From Candidatus Hydrogenedentales bacterium (GTDB lineage: Bacteria > Hydrogenedentota > Hydrogenedentia > Hydrogenedentales > JAEUWI01), in assembly GCA_942492815.1 (NCBI GenBank), contig OW818658.1:5402198-5466197 (forward strand): a stretch of DNA of 64,000 nucleotides, read 5' to 3'. Within the stretch, counting starts at the first letter, position 1; every line of letters begins with the position of its first letter. Positions 38,543-46,360 of the stretch are shown here, in pieces. A model generated the notes under the pieces. It made no database searches. It saw only the letters and a program-made list of their open reading frames with translations, and had not been told where the DNA came from. A program made the translations under genes and the position numbers.

Positions 38543-38808
38543 GGGGGTATTCCTTTCTTGCGCGGGCGGATACTACGTGGCCCGCGCGTTGGCGGCCGAG
38601 TAGGTTCGGGTGGGCCGCCGTGCTTTGGTTGTCGTTTTACGTTCTTTAGTTGGCGGAATGATACCGGGTGAATGTACGGCAATTGTTAGAGAAGGGTTAA
38701 TTTTCAGGAGATAGGACGGATTCGACCGATAGGACGGATTCTGGCAGTCGGTCCTATCGGTCGAATCGGTCCTGTTTCTCCGTTATACTTGGCACCGAAA
38801 GGCACCTC

Positions 38809-39675
38809 GTGACTCCAGGCAAACTCTACATCGGAACGGCAGGCTGGTCCTACGCGGACTGGAACGGCGTCGTGTATCCCGAGGCCCGCAGCAAGGGCTT
38901 TCATCCGTTGCGCTGGCTGGCCCAGTGGTTCAACTGCGTGGAGATCAATTCGAGCTTCTACCATCCGCCCCAGGCGAAGCATGCGGCGTCATGGGCAAAG
39001 CTGGTGGACGATATCGAGGATTTTCAGTTCGCCGCGAAGCTGTGGGAGCGCTTCACGCACCACCGGGACTCGTGGCCCACGTCGCACGAGATCGCGCAAT
39101 ATAAGGACGGAATCGCACCGCTGGTCGAGGCCGGGCGGCTGGGTGCCCTGCTGGTGCAGTTTCCCTGGAGTTTCCGCCGCACGCCGGAGAACCGGGTGTG
39201 GCTAGGGCGAATCGCGGAGTGCTTCGAGGGCTATCCGCTGGTGGTGGAAGTGCGCCACGAGACGTGGAACACGCCGGAGGTCTTCGACGGCCTGCGCGCC
39301 CGGGAGATCGCCTTCTGCAATATCGATCAGTCGCTGTTTGACGATTCCATCGCCCCATCGGACCACGTCACCGCGCCGCTGGCTTACGTGCGCTTTCACG
39401 GGCGCAACAAGGCGAACTGGTTCAAGGAGGGCGTGAGCCAGAACGAGCGTTACGACTACCTCTACAGCGAGGAAGAACTCAAGCCGTGGCTGGGGTTGAT
39501 CAAGAACATGCAGGGCAAGGCGAAGAACGTCTATGTGGTGACCAACAACCACTTCCATGGCCAGGCCGTGGCGAATGCCCTGGAAATACAGGCCACGCTG
39601 GGGGGAGCGCGCTTTCAACTGCCCGAGCACCTGCTGGCGGCTTATCCGAGGTTGCGGGGGATTTCATCGGACTGA
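38809..39675 (+). CDS. DUF72 family protein
   Basis: Motifs IGTAGWSY, VEINSSFY, LVQFP, VEVRH, YVRFHGRN, YDYLYS, NNH..GQA. Confidence 0.92.
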   Translation: MTPGKLYIGTAGWSYADWNGVVYPEARSKGFHPLRWLAQWFNCVEINSSFYHPPQAKHAASWAKLVDDIEDFQFAAKLWERFTHHRDSWPTSHEIAQYKDGIAPLVEAGRLGALLVQFPWSFRRTPENRVWLGRIAECFEGYPLVVEVRHETWNTPEVFDGLRAREIAFCNIDQSLFDDSIAPSDHVTAPLAYVRFHGRNKANWFKEGVSQNERYDYLYSEEELKPWLGLIKNMQGKAKNVYVVTNNHFHGQAVANALEIQATLGGARFQLPEHLLAAYPRLRGISSD

Positions 39676-39743
39676 TCAGACCGATCGGACCGATCAGATA
39701 GGTCAGATCGGTCTGATCCGTCCGATCCGTCCGATCTCTTGTC

Positions 39744-40664
39744 TCAAATTCGCGCGATCAACCACGGCACCGCCACGCCCACATAGTCGCCCGGCAGCTT
39801 ATGGCCGCTTTCGAAGAGTTCGAGCCTGGTGTTGGGTCCTTCGAGGTGTTTATAGAGCTCCAAGGCCTGAGCTTCGTTGCAGAGTTCGTCGGTCTTGCCC
39901 TGGACTATCATGAAAGGGCGCTCGCCGATGCCGCGCAGGTAGTTCGCGGGGTCGAGAATGGGGTCGTCGCGCCAGGTGACGGGCACCACGCAACCGACGG
40001 AGGCTTTGATGCGGGGCTCCACCGCCGTCAGCGACACCGCGTGGAAGCCGCCCATGCTGTAGCCCATGGCGCCGATGCGGGCCATGTCCACGTCGCCCCG
40101 CGTGGCGAGGTAGTCGATGCCCCGGCGGTAGTCGAGCACCGTCTGGGTGATGACATCCCGGAGGGTGAAGTAGTTCTTGCGTGGCGGCGCGCCGGGCTCT
40201 TCGAAGAGATTCACCACGTGATAGTCGTTTTCCGCTATGCGGTCGCCGTGGCCCTGGGCGTCCAGCGCGAAGACGGCAAAGCCCGCCTCAAGCAGGGCCT
40301 TGCGCACTTCGCCGCCGTGGATGTAACCGCCGTCTTCCCACCAGTTCTTCTTGCCGCCCGACCAGCCGTGCATGAGCACCACGCAGGGGTACGGGGCTTT
40401 GGCCGTTTCGGAGACTTCGAAGTAGCCGGGCACCATGAAGCTGCGGGTGCTGCGGAAGACCACCTTGTCGCGGACGGTGCCTTCTTTCTTTTCGCGCTCC
40501 ACCACGCGGGCTTCAAGGGGGATCGTCGCGTCGTAGTCGTACATCCGAACGAGGAGTTTGTGGGCTTCCTCGCCAATAACCGGGGGCGCGGCGGGGGCCT
40601 CGGCGAAGGTCGGGCGGAGTGTCGCGGAAAGCAGCAGCAGGGATAGGGCAATGAAGCGGTTCAT
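39744..40664 (-). CDS. Secreted alpha/beta hydrolase (esterase-like)
   Basis: Signal peptide MNRFIAL. GYSMG nucleophile, QGKTDE, SGH. Confidence 0.85.
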   Translation of the reverse strand: MNRFIALSLLLLSATLRPTFAEAPAAPPVIGEEAHKLLVRMYDYDATIPLEARVVEREKKEGTVRDKVVFRSTRSFMVPGYFEVSETAKAPYPCVVLMHGWSGGKKNWWEDGGYIHGGEVRKALLEAGFAVFALDAQGHGDRIAENDYHVVNLFEEPGAPPRKNYFTLRDVITQTVLDYRRGIDYLATRGDVDMARIGAMGYSMGGFHAVSLTAVEPRIKASVGCVVPVTWRDDPILDPANYLRGIGERPFMIVQGKTDELCNEAQALELYKHLEGPNTRLELFESGHKLPGDYVGVAVPWLIARI

Positions 40665-40869
40665 GGGCGTGCTCCTGGGGTTGATCATGTTGGGGCTACG
40701 ATACCAGTGGCGACTTGAGGGGTCAAGTGGGATTGGAAACGTGCCACGCGATCGGGCAACGCCGGTTCGTGTGCCAGTCTCGTGGTGGAATTGACACGAC
40801 CACAGAAGCGCCGGGACGAGCGGTGTCCAACACATGAGCCCTCTTGATAGTTGCACGCTGCATAGCCAT

Positions 40870-40993
40870 TCACGGGGTCATAGGGACAGCGTCGCCCCGC
40901 GTCCTGAAGTGGCGAAGATCGCTACGGTCCATGGTCCTGGCGGGGTCGAGCGAAGTTCGCTTCAACAGGCGGGGCTGTCCTATGACAATGTGA
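40870..40993. repeat. About 124-bp element with imperfect terminal inverted repeats (GTCATAGGGACAGC / GCTGTCCTATGAC)
   Basis: Arms read directly. The interior motif GTCGAGCGAAG recurs at 45295-45305. Confidence 0.55.
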
Positions 40994-41102
40994 ATTTTTG
41001 CCCGATGCCTTTGTGCTCTTTGCGTTCTTTTGCGGCCAATCATCTTCCTTGCATCCCGCCATCGCTCTTGCGGTATAACTATCCCACCGAAAGAGAGCGC
41101 CC

Positions 41103-42323
41103 ATGACCCCACCTGCCCTGAAATCGCCCAACTTCCATTTCCTCGCCGATCACGATCCCCAGCTTCTGGAGTATGCGGCGCGGGCGGAGCGCTATGTCCT
41201 CGACGACCCGAACACCACCCTGATTAAATTGCGCCAACTCGCCGAGGCCCTGGCGGAGGACGCGGCGGCCTACGACGGCATGCGCCTCCTTCCCGAAGAC
41301 GATTTCAGCGACATCCTCCGTCGCCTCAAGCGCGAGGACATCATCACGCAGGAAATGGCGGACATCTTTCATGGCCTGCGCAAGGCGGGCAATGAAGCGG
41401 CGCACGAGGGCGGCGGCACGCGGCAAGACGCCGTGTCGCAATTGAAACTGGCCCACCGCCTCGCGGTGTGGTTTCACCGGGCCTTTCGCAATCCGGCATT
41501 CAAGCCGAAGCCCTTCCTGCTGCCGCCCGCGCCGGACGGTGGTTCCCCGGAGCTGAAGGAGGAGCTGGAGCGTCTGCGCAAGGCCCGCTGGGAAGCGGAG
41601 CGCGAGGCCGACGAAACGGAAGAGGCCCTGGAAGTAGCCGAGCGCAAGCGCGCGGCGGCGGAAGCGAAGGCGGCGGAGCTCTACGCCGACCTGGAAGCCG
41701 CCCTGGCCCTCGTACACGATAGCGACCCGCGCCACGAACGCATCGCGCGGCGGCATGAAGAGACGGTGGAGCAACTCCGCGCCGAAGCCCACGCGGCCAG
41801 CCACGAGGAGCGCGCCGCGCGCCAGCATCAGGCCCGCAGCGCCGCGCGCGCCTTCGACCTTTCGGAGGAAGAAGCCCGCGACCTGATCGACGCCCAACTC
41901 CGCGCGAGAGGCTGGGAGGCGGACGCCGTCGTGTTCACCTGGGCCCACAGCGCGCGCCCCGAGGCCGGCCGCAACATGGCCATCGCGGCCGTCCCCACCA
42001 GCGCCGGCCCCGCCGACTACATCCTCTATTGCGGACTGCGCGCCGCCGCCGTCATCGAGGCCAAGCGAAGCAACACCGATCTCCGCGCCGCTCTGGATGA
42101 CGCCGCACGCTACGGCAAGGCCTATCAGATCCTTGCGGACGAGACCATTGCCGAAGACTCCAAAACGGGCCACGCCATCCCCCTCCTCTTCGCCAGCAAT
42201 GGAAAGCCCTTCACCAGCGAATCCGATCCCCTCAGCGGCATCTGGATGCGGGATATTCGCAACGGCAAAACCCTGGCCCTGAAAGATTGGCCAACTCCGG
42301 AAGAATTGGAAAGTTCGCTGTAG
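41103..42323 (+). CDS. DUF4145 (HEPN-like) + coiled coil + HsdR_N PD-(D/E)XK nuclease; no helicase/motor domain
   Basis: EcoKI-HsdR-like N-terminus (SPNFHFL, KLRQLAE, LRKAGNEAAH). Charged helical linker. LIDAQLRARGW...GPADY...VIEAKR, then stop at codon 407. Confidence 0.85.
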   Translation: MTPPALKSPNFHFLADHDPQLLEYAARAERYVLDDPNTTLIKLRQLAEALAEDAAAYDGMRLLPEDDFSDILRRLKREDIITQEMADIFHGLRKAGNEAAHEGGGTRQDAVSQLKLAHRLAVWFHRAFRNPAFKPKPFLLPPAPDGGSPELKEELERLRKARWEAEREADETEEALEVAERKRAAAEAKAAELYADLEAALALVHDSDPRHERIARRHEETVEQLRAEAHAASHEERAARQHQARSAARAFDLSEEEARDLIDAQLRARGWEADAVVFTWAHSARPEAGRNMAIAAVPTSAGPADYILYCGLRAAAVIEAKRSNTDLRAALDDAARYGKAYQILADETIAEDSKTGHAIPLLFASNGKPFTSESDPLSGIWMRDIRNGKTLALKDWPTPEELESSL

Positions 42324-42391
42324 AAATCCCGCCGTGCCCGTCTCCGTTACGACTCTGAATCACGACGCGAATGAAACGCCTGCACCTCTGC

Positions 42392-43291
42392 TCAATCGCC
42401 GGAAGCCCCGCCACCAAATAACCCAGCAAATTCGCACCGATCAAACACGTCCAGCGCAGTGTGGGCGCTCGCGTTAATCACCCGCCGCCCGTCGGCTTCG
42501 AAAGCCTCGCGCGCCGCCCCATAGGCCGCCTCCTGCATGGCCACATCGGGCACGCCGATCTGATCACCCACCTGGTAGTACTGGTTGCTGAAGTGCAGCC
42601 CCCGAATGAGCTCGATGTTCTCTTCGGTGATCGTAATCTTCCCCGGTGGGAACAACTTCGGCAATTCGCCGTAGTCGTGATCGAGTCCGACGATATACAC
42701 GGGATCGCAGCCGAGATGATAGGCGAGCTGCAGCATGATGTAGGTCACCGTACTGCCCAAGTGCACGACCGACGCGAAGTCCGTGGAAAACTGAGGATAC
42801 AAATCTCGCCAGTAATAGAGCTGCCCGCGCATCCGGGGCGCGTTGAAGAATATCGTTCGCTTATCCGCCTTGAAGGCGTAGGCGTTGTACAGCGCGGCCA
42901 TCTTGATCGGCCCCTGAACCCGCCCCACGTCGTGACGCCGCAATTCCAGTTGCTCGATATCCTCAAAGAGCAAGTAGGTCGTGTGGAAGCCCCATTCCGG
43001 AAAGGCGCGGTAGATGCCGTTGCAGCCGAGGGTCACTTCCTTGCGCAGCTTCGTCATATCGAGCTGTTTCAAGCTCGGGCCATTCGCAATGATGAAACAG
43101 CGCTGGCCCCTGCACTTGTCCCGCATCATGGCGATGCGCTGTTGGCTCCCGGCCACGTGGGTGAAGCGCGGGAGGCCCCAGGGTCCGATCCGCAGCCCCA
43201 CGCGATCAAAATACCCGTGCCGAGCCCGCAGCAAGCGCCAGTACGCCAGCGGAAGGGCCGACTTCGGAAATTTGGGCGTCCAGGCAATCAT
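42392..43291 (-). CDS. MptE-like / DUF115 (Maf-type) glycan-related protein
   Basis: Motifs CFIIANGPSL, LGCNG, TVTYIMLQLAYHLGCDPVYIVGLDH, HFSNQY. Confidence 0.7.
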   Translation of the reverse strand: MIAWTPKFPKSALPLAYWRLLRARHGYFDRVGLRIGPWGLPRFTHVAGSQQRIAMMRDKCRGQRCFIIANGPSLKQLDMTKLRKEVTLGCNGIYRAFPEWGFHTTYLLFEDIEQLELRRHDVGRVQGPIKMAALYNAYAFKADKRTIFFNAPRMRGQLYYWRDLYPQFSTDFASVVHLGSTVTYIMLQLAYHLGCDPVYIVGLDHDYGELPKLFPPGKITITEENIELIRGLHFSNQYYQVGDQIGVPDVAMQEAAYGAAREAFEADGRRVINASAHTALDVFDRCEFAGLFGGGASGD

Positions 43292-43460
43292 CAGGCGGCC
43301 ACGCTGGGAGGATCAATTGCACACGCGGATTTCCGTGTGCGGATTGCAGGGACAACAGCGACGACAGGGACATCAGGAACAAAGAGAGGAACCAATCCTG
43401 CCGTCCCTGTCGTCGCTGCCGTCCCTGTAAGACTCCACAGAGGTCCGCGCCGCCCAGCCA

Positions 43461-43955
43461 TCATCCTTCCGGCAACTCCAGCGCCTTCTCCGAGACCAGC
43501 AATCCATCCTCATCGGCATACACATAGTGTCCGGGGATAAAATCCACGCCCGCAAAACGCACCGGCACATTGTGGCTTCCCGCATCCAGCTTCTCCGTCT
43601 TCAATGGGTGCGTGCCCAGCGCCTTTACACCGATCTCCATTTCGGCGATGTCCGCCGAATCGCGGATGCAGCCGTTGATCACGATTCCGGCCCAGCCGTT
43701 TTTCACAGCCTTCGCCGCAAGCTGATCGCCCAGCATGGCGCAGCGCATCGATCCGCCACCATCCACCACCAGCACCTTCCCCTTCCCTGGCGAATCCACG
43801 CATTCCCGCACTTTGCTGTTGTCCTCGAAAGCCTTCACGGTCTCGATCACCCCGCTGAAAGCGCCCAATCCACCAAAATCACCCATCTGCTCCTCGGCAA
43901 TCTGGACGATATCGGAAAAGTGGTCACAAAGGTCGGCGGTCTTGAAACTCATCAT
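43461..43955 (-). CDS. rraA: RraA family protein (RNase E regulator / HMG aldolase fold)
   Basis: Motifs TADLCD, FEDNSKV, VLVVDGGGS, GCIRDS, YADEDG. Confidence 0.9.
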   Translation of the reverse strand: MMSFKTADLCDHFSDIVQIAEEQMGDFGGLGAFSGVIETVKAFEDNSKVRECVDSPGKGKVLVVDGGGSMRCAMLGDQLAAKAVKNGWAGIVINGCIRDSADIAEMEIGVKALGTHPLKTEKLDAGSHNVPVRFAGVDFIPGHYVYADEDGLLVSEKALELPEG

Positions 43956-43971
43956 CGTTCTCCTTTAAAAA

Positions 43972-45129
43972 GTGCCTTCCCGAAGTTTAGCAGGGACCCC
44001 GCAGGTGGTACAATGCGCCGCAGTTCGCCAGCGCAAGCACCAGCACCCCGGCAGCGGGTACGTGGCAGTCCCGAGGAGCAGTACCATCAAGATCACCGAG
44101 AACGAGACCCTCGCCGAGCGCAAGCAGGCGATTCTTGCGCACCTGAACCAGTTCCCCTTCCGCCCCGCGTGGTGGTTGCGCAATTGCCACGCCCAGACCA
44201 TCTGGGGACCCGTGTTCCGCCGCCCACCGGCCATGGACTACCACAAGGAAGTGTGGGACACGCCCGATGGCGACGAGCTCGCCCTCTATTTCTTTCCCGG
44301 CGACGCGGACAAGCCCTGGGTGCTGCTGTTGCACGGTCTCGAAGGCCACATCAATTCCTTTTATCTGCCCGGCTTCAACCAGGCCTTCCACGCCCTCGGC
44401 TGGAATGTGGTCACCCTGATCTTTCGGTCCTGCGACGGCGGCATCAACAAGGCGAAGCGCGTCTACCACATGGGCGAAACCTCCGACCTCGATTTCGCCG
44501 TGCGTCAGCTTCGCGAAGAGCGCGGCGTGGACAAGCTCTACATCGCGGGCATGTCCCTTGGCGCAAACGTCCTCTGCAAGTGGCTCGGCGAACTCGGCGA
44601 CAACGTGCCGGAGTACGTGGCCGGTACGGCCGCCCTTTCCCCGCCCTTTCGCCCAGAGATCTCCGTCAGCCTCTTCGAGAAGGCCTTCTTCGGCATCTAC
44701 AACCGCCGCTTCCTCGGCACCCTCATCCCCAAGGCGCTGGAGAAAGAGCGCCAATTCCCCGGCTGCATCGACGTGGAGAAAGTGCGCAACTGCAAAAGCT
44801 TCCACGTCTACGACACCGAAGTCACCGCCCGCCTCCACGGCTACCGCGACGCCGTGGACTACTGGGAACAAGTCGGCTGCCACCAGTTCCTCGCGGACAT
44901 CCGCGTGCCCACCCTCCTCAACACCTCCGCCGACGACGCATTCAATCCCGCCGACACCATCCCCCGCGAAATCGCCGACGCCTCGGACTACCTCTATCCC
45001 CTCTGGACCACCCACGGCGGCCACGCGGGCTTTGTCTACGGTGCCTGGCCCTGGAAGGCAAAGTACTGGCAGGAAGAACAATTGGTGCGCTTTTTTGTGG
45101 CGCTCGACGACCCAACGGGACCGTCCTGA
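43972..45129 (+). CDS. YheT-family alpha/beta hydrolase (start uncertain, possibly GTG 44062)
   Basis: Motifs HAQTIW, WDTPDGD, LHGLEG, GMSLG, SADD, GGHAGF. Confidence 0.88.
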   Translation: MPSRSLAGTPQVVQCAAVRQRKHQHPGSGYVAVPRSSTIKITENETLAERKQAILAHLNQFPFRPAWWLRNCHAQTIWGPVFRRPPAMDYHKEVWDTPDGDELALYFFPGDADKPWVLLLHGLEGHINSFYLPGFNQAFHALGWNVVTLIFRSCDGGINKAKRVYHMGETSDLDFAVRQLREERGVDKLYIAGMSLGANVLCKWLGELGDNVPEYVAGTAALSPPFRPEISVSLFEKAFFGIYNRRFLGTLIPKALEKERQFPGCIDVEKVRNCKSFHVYDTEVTARLHGYRDAVDYWEQVGCHQFLADIRVPTLLNTSADDAFNPADTIPREIADASDYLYPLWTTHGGHAGFVYGAWPWKAKYWQEEQLVRFFVALDDPTGPS

Positions 45130-45423
45130 ACGCCAGGCCCCTCAACAAAGAGGCGTGATCGAAGACCAAATCACTCCACCCAGACCGATCAAGCCCCACT
45201 GCGCGTTCGGGACCGTCCCGCGCTTTTGAGGGACGTACCGCCGCACAGGCCCCCTGAGCACCAATGTAACCCCCACACCCTCGCCCCGACCCCAGTCGAG
45301 CGAAGCCTGCTCCAAAGCGGCGGCATGTCCCCGTGGATGTTAAATCCCGACGCGGGGCAATCCAATCCGCCTCATCGTTCTGAACGAGTGCTGGAGCCTC
45401 CCGCGCAGTGTTGATCTCTCTGG

Positions 45424-45467
45424 TTGACGGTTGGTCGATATTCGGCGACAATAGCGAGACAAGGAGG
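45424..45467 (+). promoter_or_regulatory. Putative sigma70 promoter TTGACG-N17-GACAAT and RBS AAGGAGG
   Basis: -35 at 45424-45429, -10 at 45447-45452, RBS at 45461-45467. Confidence 0.5.
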
Positions 45468-45473
45468 CAAACC

Positions 45474-45662
45474 ATGGAAAAGAGAGACGAGTTCAAACCC
45501 TTAATTGAATGGCCCACCCATGGGGAACATAAGCGCTGTCAAGAATCAACGGCGCTCTTGAATATACTCGCCATAGATCGAAAAGAGATCGAGACCGGAG
45601 AATACCAGCTCGCATCCGAGTTTTTTGATGAGTTGCGCAGAGAGAGGCAGGCCAATCCATGA
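45474..45662 (+). CDS. Small protein (62 aa) resembling the C-terminal half of Phd/YefM-type antitoxins
   Basis: Strong RBS. QESTALLNILAIDRKEIETG..ASEFFDELRR resembles antitoxin C-terminal helices (recognition only). Confidence 0.45.
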   Translation: MEKRDEFKPLIEWPTHGEHKRCQESTALLNILAIDRKEIETGEYQLASEFFDELRRERQANP

Positions 45663-45853
45663 ACTGGGAATACAAGACCATCAAGATCGGTGCAACGGGC
45701 TTCATGGGGGGCAAAGTGGACGAGATAGAACTTGACACGCTAATGAATCGACTCGGTTCGCAGGGGTGGGAACTGACCACGGCTTTCGACACGAATCAAT
45801 CATACGGACAAACCCGAGACGTCGTGGTGATCTTCAAGCGGCCCAGAGGATAG
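45659..45853 (+). CDS. DUF4177 family small protein
   Basis: WEYKTI...LDTLMNRLGSQGWEL...IFKRP. ATGA-coupled to the upstream ORF. Confidence 0.85.
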   Translation: MNWEYKTIKIGATGFMGGKVDEIELDTLMNRLGSQGWELTTAFDTNQSYGQTRDVVVIFKRPRG

Positions 45854-45861
45854 CGCGGCGT

Positions 45862-45949
45862 GGGGACTGCCTCCCGCCGCAACAGAACCTCCGCCGCGCA
45901 AGCGCTCCAGCACCTTCCATCGGCGGGTGGCTGTACACAGGAGAAACGG
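45862..45949 (+). repeat. Half copy of the 185-bp element found at 51690-52059
   Basis: GGGGACTGCCTCCC.CCGCA ... CGCCGCG.AAGCG ... CGGCGGGTGGCTGTAC....GAGAAACGG is collinear with the reverse complement of 51970-52059. Confidence 0.7.
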
Positions 45950-46360
45950 TAATACGGGGGACGGTCCCCGCACGCCTGGCGGCCCTTCCTCCACGAAGTC
46001 ATCCCGGATTGGTCAGGTAAATTTCGAAAGGCCAGGCGGCCTTTCGTGCAGGACGGTCCCCGCGAGCCGACGGGACCGTCCTGAACGCAAGGGCACTCGA
46101 CAACGGGTCGTGAACCTGTGCCAAACACGCAAGCCCGAACAAAGTAAAGCCTGCCAGGCGTTCGGGACCGTCCCGTGAAGTTTTACTACGGGGGACGGTC
46201 CCGCACGCCTGGAAGCCCGCCCTCAACAGAGGCGTCTTTAATTGGTCGAGTGAATCCCTTGCGCTCCAAGGGGCCTTTCGTTCGGGACGGTCCCCTTGGG
46301 GTGAATCCTACTGTCGGATTGCAGCGTCTAACCCATTAACGCAACCCAAAGGACACCGCC

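Larger units (their letters stand above)
45117..46294. repeat. Four 103-bp REP-doublet units bounded by GGGAC(C/G)GTCC(C/T)G(A/C)ACGC inverted ends
   Basis: Units at 45117-45219, 45958-46060, 46072-46174 and 46192-46294. Confidence 0.85.

Noticed and set aside
45117-46294. CRISPR array
   Set aside because: The repeats alternate in orientation, spacers alternate about 62 and 11-17 nt and are mutually related, and there are no cas genes.
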